Source: a virus
Length of the DNA stretch: 36,928 nucleotides
Virus record (IMG/VR): IMGVR_UViG_3300026283_000001
Direction: 5' to 3' (one strand)
The notes under the pieces are model-generated. The model did not search any database. It was not told the origin of the DNA and saw only the letters and a program-made list of their open reading frames with translations. Of this stretch, positions 23,562 to 30,690 are shown piece after piece (the first letter of the stretch is position 1; each line of letters begins with the position of its first letter). The position numbers and the translations under genes were made by a program.

Positions 23562-25624
23562 GCGGATACGGAGAAGTGGCCAAGCAGTTCGGAGGGCAAC
23601 CGGCCGCGCCTACCGCGGCGCCGTCGCCAGACTACAGCGGACTGGCGGCAAAGTTCGGCGGCAAGGTTGACACGGCAAAGCAAGCGGCTACCGACGCCTA
23701 CCAGGGCGCGGCCAATTGGTTCGCCGAGACGTTCGGCCCGAGCGGCAACCTCCGCGGATCGGCGATCGGCGGCGTGATGCAGGGCATGGCTGACCCGGTT
23801 GTTGGAGCGGTGCAGTTCGCTGCAAATCTGCCAGTCATCCGGTCGCTGGCCGGCGATAGCGTGAATTCTGGAATCAAAGCCAAAGAGGCAGAGTACGAAG
23901 CTGCTCGGGCCAGCGCTGGCCGCGACGGGTTCGACGCTGCGCGCTTCGCCGGAAACCTCGCGGCGCCGAGTAATGTTGCGCTCGCTTCGCGCATCCCGGC
24001 CGCTGCGGGATTCATTGGTCGGGCCGGAACAGGCGCAGCGGCCGGCGCAGTCGGCTCGGCAATGACACCCGAAACCGACACGGAAAACTATTGGAGCAAG
24101 ACGGCCGGGAAAGCTGCCGTTGGCGGCGCCGCTGGGGCTGTGCTGGCGCCCGTTGCCGGCGCAGTAGGGGATAGGATCGGGCGCATGTTTCAAGGCTCTG
24201 GCGCCCCTCCTGCGGGCGGCCTTCCGCCGATTGCCGGAGCGCCAGGCACGCACGCTGCAGACGAGGCCATCGCGCGCGCAGCGGCGGAGGCCGGACAGTC
24301 GATTGACGACATCCCGCAATCGGTCTTGTACCAGCTCCGCGCGCAGGCGCAGCACGCGCTGTCGCAGAATCAGGTGCTCGACACGGCCGCGGCGCTGCGC
24401 AAGGCGGACTTTGAAGCGCTCGGGCAGCAACCTCTGCTCGGGCAGATCACCCGGGATCCGATGCAGTTCGCCCGCGAGAAGAATCTGCGCGGCATTGCCG
24501 GTGCTGGCGAGCCGATCGCCGCGCGCTTGGCAGGGCAGACAAGGGGGATTCGTGACAGGCTTGGCGCATTTTCGAGCGGGGCAAGAGAGATATTTGACGC
24601 CGGACAGCAGATATCTGGCGACCTTTCCAATATCGACAGGGCCATGCAGCGTGCCGTATCTGCTGAATATGGCGTATCACGTGCCAGCGCCGGGAAGTCG
24701 CTAAATCTGCCTCTTCAGGGGTTATCGCAGGATTACGCTGATGTCCTATCAAGGTTTGGTGACAAAGTGCCGACCGGGGTGCGTAATAGCTTCGAGGCCC
24801 TTGGCCTGAACAATGGAACGCAACGCCGCATTTTCGACTTTGAAGAGGCTGACAAGCTGCGCAAGGTGTTGAGCGACAACGCGGGGCATGACCCGGCCAC
24901 AAATCGCGCGCTGTCTGAATTGCGCGGCGCTCTGAATCGGGCGCAGACCGATGTCGACGTTACCGGCGGCCCGTTCGCGCCAGCGGTGAAAATGGCGGCT
25001 GAGCGATTCAAGCTACTAGATGCTATTCCTGCAATTAAGGCCGCCGCAGACGGAAGCGTTCCTCCTGACAAGTTCGTCAATCGCTTCATCATCAACGGCA
25101 ACGTTCTTGAACTACGAGGGTTGGCAAAGCTTCTCAAACAGCATGCGCCAGGCTCCTACCAGCAGGCGCGCGCGCAAATCGGCGAAGAGTTGCGCAGAGC
25201 ATCGACTGGCGAGAACATTACCGGTGATAAAATCTTCTCACCAGAGAGATTCAATAAACGGCTGCGGCAGATCGGCACAGCGAAACTTGAGCCCTTTTTC
25301 TCGCCAGCAGAGATTGCCGAAATGCGCACCATTGGCCGCGTTGGCGCGTACATGGAAACGCCCCCGTCAGGGTCGGCCGTGAACAACAGCAGCTCTGCCT
25401 CCGGGGTTGCGAACTGGGCTCTTGAGATGTCGCCGAAGATCGTTCAAAAAGCGGTAGGGGCGGCCAGGTGGGCGTCAAAGCAGGCAGAGAATGGCGCCAA
25501 CTTGTCGGCAGCCATGCGCGCCGACGTGCCGAGAACCGCCGGCGGAACGCCAGCCAGGTCGCGGCGCCTGAACGAACTGTTGCTGCTCGGTAGCGCAGCG
25601 ACAGGGGCCGCCGCAGGGCGCTAG
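23558..25624 (+). CDS. Large internal virion / ejection protein (688 aa)
   Basis: ATGA-coupled to the previous gene. Ala/Gly-rich with several hydrophobic stretches. Size and position resemble P22 gp16/gp20-type proteins. Confidence 0.65.
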   Translation: MSGYGEVAKQFGGQPAAPTAAPSPDYSGLAAKFGGKVDTAKQAATDAYQGAANWFAETFGPSGNLRGSAIGGVMQGMADPVVGAVQFAANLPVIRSLAGDSVNSGIKAKEAEYEAARASAGRDGFDAARFAGNLAAPSNVALASRIPAAAGFIGRAGTGAAAGAVGSAMTPETDTENYWSKTAGKAAVGGAAGAVLAPVAGAVGDRIGRMFQGSGAPPAGGLPPIAGAPGTHAADEAIARAAAEAGQSIDDIPQSVLYQLRAQAQHALSQNQVLDTAAALRKADFEALGQQPLLGQITRDPMQFAREKNLRGIAGAGEPIAARLAGQTRGIRDRLGAFSSGAREIFDAGQQISGDLSNIDRAMQRAVSAEYGVSRASAGKSLNLPLQGLSQDYADVLSRFGDKVPTGVRNSFEALGLNNGTQRRIFDFEEADKLRKVLSDNAGHDPATNRALSELRGALNRAQTDVDVTGGPFAPAVKMAAERFKLLDAIPAIKAAADGSVPPDKFVNRFIINGNVLELRGLAKLLKQHAPGSYQQARAQIGEELRRASTGENITGDKIFSPERFNKRLRQIGTAKLEPFFSPAEIAEMRTIGRVGAYMETPPSGSAVNNSSSASGVANWALEMSPKIVQKAVGAARWASKQAENGANLSAAMRADVPRTAGGTPARSRRLNELLLLGSAATGAAAGR

Positions 25625-25785
25625 ATTCCGGCCTTTTTCCTGCGGCGCTCCTCGCGCTTCTGCTTTTGATACCAGAGCGCGTCGTCGTTGAGCGAGTTCC
25701 CGGTCAAGATGCGATACAGAGCGTGCACCACGACACCAAGAACGAAGACGATCGCCAGACGAATGAAAACATGCTCCCAGTTCAT
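25621..25785 (-). CDS. 54-aa membrane protein encoded antisense to the late operon (below the ORF-track cut-off)
   Basis: Hand translation: MNWEHVFIRLAIVFVLGVVVHALYRILTGNSLNDDALWYQKQKREERRRKKAGI. One clear TM helix plus a basic tail. It fills an otherwise non-coding 184-nt gap. The RBS is weak. Confidence 0.4.
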   Translation of the reverse strand: MNWEHVFIRLAIVFVLGVVVHALYRILTGNSLNDDALWYQKQKREERRRKKAGI

Positions 25786-25808
25786 GTGCTTGCCTACGAG
25801 GTAGAAAA

Positions 25809-26024
25809 GTGACGGTCATTGTATCCCCGCCAGTGCCGAAATCAGATCAGAGGTTTGACGACTGGATGTTCATCTTTTGGAAACGATCGTTCGAGGCGAT
25901 CGCCGCGGGCGGAGGCGGAGGGGGCGGGGTGCCAGAATATGCGGACAACGCGGCCGCTATTTCTGGCGGGTTAGCGGTTGGCCACATTTACCGCACTGGC
26001 GGCGACTTGAAGATCGTCATCTGA
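25809..26024 (+). CDS. Hypothetical protein (71 aa) with a Gly7 linker
   Basis: GTG start with GAGGT 6 nt upstream. FDDWMFIFWKRSFEAIAAGGGGGGGVPEYADNAAAISGGLAVGHIYRTGGDLKIV. Confidence 0.55.
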   Translation: MTVIVSPPVPKSDQRFDDWMFIFWKRSFEAIAAGGGGGGGVPEYADNAAAISGGLAVGHIYRTGGDLKIVI

Positions 26025-26497
26025 TGACAAGCGAACAGGAGGAAATGCACCGCATGTTGACGGTGCGCGTAAATGCTCTTTCTGACGACGTCGACAGGTT
26101 TCGGGCAGAGCTTTGCAAGGTCGCCGACCGCGCAGAGCAGGCAGACAGAAAGCTGGCCGACGAAATGGCTGACGCTCTTGTCAAAGTTCACGACAAGCTC
26201 GACCAGACCATAGCGCAGCAGGCGGCCAGGCACGCAGATCAGGCAATCCAGATGTCACGGCTGCAGTCGTCTATTGACAAGCTCGACATGGACTTGAAGG
26301 AACCTATGGAGGCGTGGAAAACGGCCAAGTACGGGTCGAAGGCGGCTGCGTTTCTGGCGTCAATTGCGAGGGCGATAGGACCAATACTGATTGCCGCGAT
26401 TGTCGGCATTGGCGCGCTGCAGACGAAAATGCTTGTCGACATCAAGACAGAAATCCAGCCGAATCAGGGCGGCCAGACAAAGGCGATTGGAGAATGA
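26024..26497 (+). CDS. Coiled-coil protein with a C-terminal transmembrane helix (157 aa)
   Basis: Distal part of ORF 25877..26497 starting MTSEQEEM (the TGATG overlap shares one base). TM helix AAAFLASIARAIGPILIAAIVGIGAL. Confidence 0.6.
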   Translation: MTSEQEEMHRMLTVRVNALSDDVDRFRAELCKVADRAEQADRKLADEMADALVKVHDKLDQTIAQQAARHADQAIQMSRLQSSIDKLDMDLKEPMEAWKTAKYGSKAAAFLASIARAIGPILIAAIVGIGALQTKMLVDIKTEIQPNQGGQTKAIGE

Positions 26498-27117
26498 GAA
26501 TGAAGGCGCTATTTGTTGGGATGCTGCTCGGGCTAATTCTGTCGCTCGCCACAATGATAGCATTCGCCGCAGACGCGCCCGCAGGATTGAATGCTGGCGC
26601 CTGGGCGGCTTCGCAAGCGGCGGCGGCATCATCGGCAGGGGCTGCCGTGAAAACGGCGCAGACGGCCGCGCAGCAAGTCGCGGTGACGGTGAATCAGCCG
26701 GCGCCCGCGGCATCTGGTGGCGGCGGCAAGACGACAACGCTGCGCACAGTGCCAGACGCCTACGCGCCGACGATGAACGCCACTGCGCCATGTAGGATTT
26801 CGGTATCGGCCGGCGTGGCGGTCATCGGCATCGGGGTGTCGGGTGGCGGGAGCGTCGAAGACGACCCGTGCAACCTCCGCGAGACTGCGCGCCTACTCGA
26901 CGGTATCGGGCAGCGGGAAGCGGCTGCGCGGGTCATGTGCAACGATCGGCGGGCGGCTGAGGCTCTTGGCGAAAGTATCTGTCCGTCGATCGGCGACCGG
27001 GAGCGCTCGACCTCTCCACTTCAAAGCCAAGCCACAACAGGCCGTGGCCAGCCAATCTGCGATCAGGCGGCCCGGTTCGACGATCCGGTGTTGGCGGCTC
27101 GGAATGGCTGCCGGTAG
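26494..27117 (+). CDS. Secreted / membrane-anchored Cys-containing protein (207 aa)
   Basis: Distal part of ORF 26314..27117 (ATGA overlap). N-terminus MRMKALFVGMLLGLILSLATMIAFAADAP looks like a signal peptide or anchor. No lipobox. Confidence 0.6.
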   Translation: MRMKALFVGMLLGLILSLATMIAFAADAPAGLNAGAWAASQAAAASSAGAAVKTAQTAAQQVAVTVNQPAPAASGGGGKTTTLRTVPDAYAPTMNATAPCRISVSAGVAVIGIGVSGGGSVEDDPCNLRETARLLDGIGQREAAARVMCNDRRAAEALGESICPSIGDRERSTSPLQSQATTGRGQPICDQAARFDDPVLAARNGCR

Positions 27118-27586
27118 TCGCTGCCTCATACTGATCGCCGGTTATTTCGTAGTACCTTGGGCTTGGCGACGTTTCCATCGCGCACAATCTGCCTGTTTCG
27201 CCGTGCTGCCAATATCTCATCACGAAATCACTTTCTCTAGCATTTTCTGCGCCTTGCTTGGCTTCGTCCACCAGTGATGGTGAGTCGGTCGCCATCCTCG
27301 TAACCATAGGGCGATCCGCGCAACCTGGCTGTCGGGGGTCTGCGCAAAGGCGCGTCCGTACCGCCCGATCCTGATATGCCACACATTCATTACGGCTAGA
27401 CTTCGCCGCCCGCATTTCGTCATCATCGACGCTCTCCACAACGTGCTGCGCGAAGTCCGCGAGCAAATCCAGCCGGCGCCGCATGCTCTTGCTCTCATCT
27501 CCACCAGGAGGGGCGATCATCAGTAGATCGCCAAGCGTCGACTTGTGCGCCAGTGCGCGGACTGTCTCTAGCCATTCTTTGTTCAT
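26933..27586 (-). CDS. Hypothetical protein (217 aa), last gene of the leftward operon
   Basis: ORF-track entry, ATGA-coupled to the upstream gene. The first ~160 aa look protein-like. The last ~60 aa (Pro/Arg-rich) are encoded antisense to the end of the convergent + gene. Confidence 0.55.
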   Translation of the reverse strand: MNKEWLETVRALAHKSTLGDLLMIAPPGGDESKSMRRRLDLLADFAQHVVESVDDDEMRAAKSSRNECVAYQDRAVRTRLCADPRQPGCADRPMVTRMATDSPSLVDEAKQGAENARESDFVMRYWQHGETGRLCAMETSPSPRYYEITGDQYEAATTGSHSEPPTPDRRTGPPDRRLAGHGLLWLGFEVERSSAPGRRSTDRYFRQEPQPPADRCT

Positions 27587-27807
27587 CCCGTCACCACTCT
27601 GCCTTGGCGCATCTCGTCGCCGATAATTTCCTCGGCATCTGCCCGAGCCTCTGCGATCCTTTCACATTGACAATTCGGCAGTCCGGTAGCTGCTTGGATG
27701 TCGTGGTCGTGCGTGCGGTCCATCACTGCCGACAGCGCCCTTGCCATACGAAGGCAGCGCGCTTTCCACAGGTCCTTCTCGTTCGCGAATTGACTCATCG
27801 TTTCCAT
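27583..27807 (-). CDS. Hypothetical protein (74 aa)
   Basis: ORF 27583..27897 from the internal ATG (METMSQFANEKD) with GAGGA 7 nt upstream, 5 nt after the upstream stop. Confidence 0.6.
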   Translation of the reverse strand: METMSQFANEKDLWKARCLRMARALSAVMDRTHDHDIQAATGLPNCQCERIAEARADAEEIIGDEMRQGRVVTG

Positions 27808-27811
27808 TTCG

Positions 27812-28084
27812 TCATTCCTCGCATCTGCGCTGCCACTGAGCGCGTGACCGGCGGTTAAATTCGGCAATGATCTGCTCTGCCAGTTCATGAGGCACAAGGT
27901 CTTTTATCACCCTGGCGGCAAGGATCGAGTCGCCGAAACCTCTGGCAGCCTCGAAAATTGTTGCCGCCATCTTTGGCGGGTTCCGGCGCTCGTGGCAATG
28001 GCCGTGAGCGTGCCCGCCGTCACCGTCCGAGACGAACAGCTTCTGATCGTCTATCGGCTTCCCGCAAATGCTGCAATCGTTCAT
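27812..28084 (-). CDS. Hypothetical Cys/His-rich protein (90 aa)
   Basis: ORF-track entry. N-terminal CSICGKP...HAHGHCH suggests a metal-binding knuckle. Confidence 0.6.
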   Translation of the reverse strand: MNDCSICGKPIDDQKLFVSDGDGGHAHGHCHERRNPPKMAATIFEAARGFGDSILAARVIKDLVPHELAEQIIAEFNRRSRAQWQRRCEE

Positions 28085-28123
28085 TTCATCACCTTTGCAA
28101 TTTGCTGTTATGGTTCTTCGCCA

Positions 28124-28432
28124 CTACTCGTCGAACAAATAGGCAAGCTCTCTGCCAATCTCGGCGTCTTCGTTTGCCCTAATACGCCATTCAGCCACCA
28201 TGTCTTCATCCTTTCTGTTGTTGTCCTCGGTAATCTCGCAATACTCTATTCTGTCTGCAACAAGCTGCGCAATACTATCTGCTGCCGACGATATGGCGGC
28301 GTCCCATACCTTTCTTCCGTATGTGACATGATCGCAGGCAGCAACGCCAGTTGTCTGCGTTACTATCCACTTGTCGAACGACATATTCTGAGCGCGGCTT
28401 TTTCCGTGGATCACCTGCAATCCTTTCGTCAT
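28124..28432 (-). CDS. Hypothetical protein (102 aa), low-GC
   Basis: ORF 28124..28435 taken from the ATG at 28432. Preceded by the triple TTACTGAAA element. Confidence 0.6.
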   Translation of the reverse strand: MTKGLQVIHGKSRAQNMSFDKWIVTQTTGVAACDHVTYGRKVWDAAISSAADSIAQLVADRIEYCEITEDNNRKDEDMVAEWRIRANEDAEIGRELAYLFDE

Positions 28433-28439
28433 CAAATCG

Positions 28440-28470
28440 TTTCAGTAACTTTACTGAAAGGTTTCAGTAA
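28440..28470. repeat. Three copies of the 9-mer TTTCAGTAA in alternating orientation (intergenic)
   Basis: tttcagtaa (28440-28448), ttactgaaa (28451-28459), tttcagtaa (28462-28470). They fill the 36-nt gap between two minus-strand genes. Confidence 0.9.
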
Positions 28471-28471
28471 C

Positions 28472-28735
28472 CTAGCCGCCCCTTGCTCTGATTTCTACTG
28501 CTAGCGCACGAGTCTCATAAAACATCGGAGAGCCTTTGTAAAAAGACCCGTTGGATGTTTTAATCGCTGGCTTCCAATCCATTGTGGTCGGTACGCCATC
28601 AACAATCTTCGCGCACGCCTCAGCAACCAGCTTCGCGAACCGACGCAGATTGTCGTCAGCCCCTGTTACGTTGACCCACTTGCTGCCGTTGTTCAGGCTG
28701 AATCCAGCCTTTTTTGCCATTGCTTCGATGTTCAT
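28472..28735 (-). CDS. Hypothetical protein (87 aa)
   Basis: ORF 28472..28861 from the internal ATG (MNIEAMAKKAGF). ATGA overlap with the upstream gene. Confidence 0.6.
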   Translation of the reverse strand: MNIEAMAKKAGFSLNNGSKWVNVTGADDNLRRFAKLVAEACAKIVDGVPTTMDWKPAIKTSNGSFYKGSPMFYETRALAVEIRARGG

Positions 28736-28938
28736 TTGTCTGCCCCCGTTTTCCTTCGTCGTTGCGCTGTCGCCCGATTGTTCCTGTTCGCCGTAACACT
28801 TATCGGCTCGCCGTCTGTGCTGACAAAAAGCATGTCGTGAACCAGCCCGCAGTCGCAGCAAGAAATCCTGTGAGTCTCGCCGCTGGCTACGCTGAATGGC
28901 TCTCCGTCGTAGCGCTGAACGTAGCGCCTTGTTTTCAC
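28732..28938 (-). CDS. Hypothetical protein (68 aa)
   Basis: ORF 28732..29157 from the GTG at 28938 (GTGA overlap with the upstream stop). VKTRRYVQRYDGEPFSVASGETHRISCCDCGLVHDM. Confidence 0.5.
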   Translation of the reverse strand: MKTRRYVQRYDGEPFSVASGETHRISCCDCGLVHDMLFVSTDGEPISVTANRNNRATAQRRRKTGADK

Positions 28939-29171
28939 TTTCCGCGCTCCCTGATGCTGTTCATTGCATCCCGTAGCGCTTGGTTGTAGGCCCTGTCGCC
29001 GTCGTTGTCGCAATCGTCGTGCACATCCTCGCCTACGTGCTCGCGCTCGCAAGCGTCGGCGCACGCCTCGCGCTCGATCCTTGTTGCTGCGTCCCATCCG
29101 GCACGCATCATTTCTATATCGTATGCGCCGCCGTTTGGCCCGTGTTTCTGTTGCCATTCTTCAAAAGTCAT
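28935..29171 (-). CDS. Small acidic protein (78 aa)
   Basis: ORF-track entry with RBS AGGGGG. 19 Asp/Glu versus 10 Lys/Arg by hand count (EREACADACEREHVGEDVHDDCDNDGD). Confidence 0.7.
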   Translation of the reverse strand: MTFEEWQQKHGPNGGAYDIEMMRAGWDAATRIEREACADACEREHVGEDVHDDCDNDGDRAYNQALRDAMNSIRERGK

Positions 29172-29236
29172 TTCGCCCCCTAACCCTTTCTTTGCTCGTT
29201 GGTTTCAGTCGGTTGGTGGAAGGTTTCAGTAACCAT
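29172..29236. repeat. ~64-bp intergenic element, copy A (contains two ACTGAAACC direct repeats on the minus strand)
   Basis: tttcgccccctaaccctttctttgctcgttggtttcagtcggttggtggaaggtttcagtaacca is about 90% identical to 29759-29822. Confidence 0.9.
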
Positions 29237-29257
29237 CTGCGTCAGCCTCTTCGCGGA

Positions 29258-29758
29258 TCAATAGTAACCGCCAGCTTTTGATCGTAAAGGCAGCGGCTCG
29301 TTTTTCTGCTTCTCTTGTGCAAGTAGACCCAATGCAATACTTAGGTCAGCACGATTTCGCGCAATGCACTCGGCTGGCGTCTCGCCATCTTTCAGGTATG
29401 GCTGGCAGTCTTCCAGCGCCTTGTAGAGACGGCGGCGCATCTCAAAGCTTCCTTCGTTCCTTTTGGTGCGCTGAGCGACCAAAGCCCTTGCATACTCGTT
29501 CCAGAACTTCACAGCATCGGCAGCTCTGTGGCGGTGGAATTCATCGGGCGGCATGTAGAGCAAACACCCTTCGTTCACGAACCCTTCCTGTGGGCCGAAT
29601 TTCTCGCCGTTGGTGCACATCATCAGTTTGCTGATCGGTCCGTTCTCGAAGTCGTCGCTGAACAGCCAAAGCTCGGCATCTGACCCGCAGACCGGGCACG
29701 GCTCGATTGCGCACTTCGGAATTTCGCCCTTCTTGTACTCTCCATGTTCTGTTCTCAT
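29258..29758 (-). CDS. Lar-like zinc-ribbon protein, extended (166 aa)
   Basis: IEPCPVCGSDAELW...MMCTNGEKFGPQEGFVNEGC...AADAVKFWNEY follows the Lar-family layout (PCPFCG ... C..C ... A...WN) with a long C-terminal extension. Confidence 0.6.
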   Translation of the reverse strand: MRTEHGEYKKGEIPKCAIEPCPVCGSDAELWLFSDDFENGPISKLMMCTNGEKFGPQEGFVNEGCLLYMPPDEFHRHRAADAVKFWNEYARALVAQRTKRNEGSFEMRRRLYKALEDCQPYLKDGETPAECIARNRADLSIALGLLAQEKQKNEPLPLRSKAGGYY

Positions 29759-29822
29759 TTCGTTCCTAACCCTTTCTCTGCTCGTTGGTTTCAGTTGATT
29801 GGTGGGAGGTTTCAGTAACTAC
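29759..29822. repeat. ~64-bp intergenic element, copy B
   Basis: tttcgttcctaaccctttctctgctcgttggtttcagttgattggtgggaggtttcagtaacta. It also encodes the last 20 codons of the upstream gene 29766..30053. Confidence 0.9.
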
Positions 29823-30053
29823 CCTGCGATTCCACGAGTTGCGCACGAGCTGATGGTCGCTAAGTTCGTCGCTTTCCGTTGAGAGATCGACGCTCGGACC
29901 ACCTGTTGAGCACCGCTCACACTCAATCCAGCAAAGTTCGTGCGCGAATCCGTCTCCGTCGTATTCCGGGTCCGACGTATGCTCATAAAGCATTTCAGAC
30001 TCCCCGCAGAACGGGCAAGGTAGCAGGGTGCTGCTTGTAATGCGTTCGCTCAT
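29766..30053 (-). CDS. Lar-family restriction-alleviation-like protein (95 aa)
   Basis: LLPCPFCGESEMLYEH...CWIECERCSTGGPSV...LVRNSWNRR fits the Lar pattern (PCPFCG ... C..C...gp ... WNrR). Confidence 0.65.
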   Translation of the reverse strand: MSERITSSTLLPCPFCGESEMLYEHTSDPEYDGDGFAHELCWIECERCSTGGPSVDLSTESDELSDHQLVRNSWNRRVVTETSHQSTETNEQRKG

Positions 30054-30217
30054 TTCGTCGGCCTCACCTTCTCTCCAATCCGGCGATAAACTGCTTTCGT
30101 CATCTGCTCTTTGCTGTGCCCGAGCAGCCGTTGTGCGTCTTCCAGCTTCATTTCTGATGCCGCCTTCGGTCGAGCGTCACGGAACTGGAACTTGCGAATC
30201 TTGACGGCCAATTCCAT
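30050..30217 (-). pseudogene. Remnant of a phage tyrosine integrase (C-terminal ~55 codons only)
   Basis: The pattern F.F(H/R)D(L/A)R.KAAS......AQ.LLGH....MT..VY.R.....V.P matches the conserved HxLR...LLGH...Y end of phage integrases. No N-terminal or core-binding part exists anywhere in the window. Confidence 0.5.
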
Positions 30218-30469
30218 GTCTCCGCGGTGCTCTGCCTGCTCTGCGGCCTCCTTCCCGTCTCTCATGTTCCACCGAGCGATAGCCTGCGCCTTATCACGCC
30301 CAACACGCTCGATCATGCGCGACGGGCCAGGAATCTCCGCGCACCAGTGGCGCACGCTCCACGATGTCGGCTCGCCGTACTTCATCCCGGTCCATGTCCT
30401 GCCGTTTGGCATAATCTCCGTTGTGCCTGCGCCGCAAAACGGGCAGGGAAGCAGGCTTGTATTCATCAT
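30050..30469 (-). CDS. Chimeric ORF: Lar-like zinc-ribbon N-terminus fused to a tyrosine-recombinase C-terminal fragment (139 aa)
   Basis: N-terminus LLPCPFCGAGTTEI...RHWCAEIPGPS...AIARWNMRD is Lar-like. C-terminus FQFRDARPKAASEMKLEDAQRLLGHSKEQMTKAVYRRIGEKVRPTK is integrase box II-like. Confidence 0.65.
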   Translation of the reverse strand: MMNTSLLPCPFCGAGTTEIMPNGRTWTGMKYGEPTSWSVRHWCAEIPGPSRMIERVGRDKAQAIARWNMRDGKEAAEQAEHRGDMELAVKIRKFQFRDARPKAASEMKLEDAQRLLGHSKEQMTKAVYRRIGEKVRPTK

Positions 30470-30669
30470 TAACCCACTTCCTTCAGCGCCGCATCAGCAA
30501 TCGCCCGGGCACGGTCGATGTTCGGCTCGTCAGCGGCAATGCGCAGCGCGGTTTCGAGTCTTTCGCACCGCCTATGACTTGCTACCAGAAATCCGCGCAA
30601 GCTGGCCAGCTCGACCTTTGCTGTCTCGCTTGTTGCTGCAACGTCATCCAGGTCCAAACTTCCCGCCAT
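30469..30669 (-). CDS. Hypothetical protein (66 aa)
   Basis: ORF 30469..30687 from the ATG at 30669 (MAGSLDLDD). A G9 tract lies 7 nt upstream. The stop overlaps the next ATG (TAATG). Confidence 0.55.
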   Translation of the reverse strand: MAGSLDLDDVAATSETAKVELASLRGFLVASHRRCERLETALRIAADEPNIDRARAIADAALKEVG

Positions 30670-30690
30670 TACCGTACCCCCCCCCAAAAA

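Noticed and set aside
22518-24430. Minus-strand ORFs 22518..23528 and 23393..24430, antisense to the ejection-protein genes
   Set aside because: Same antisense GC-rich artefact. The + strand genes are translationally coupled and syntenic.
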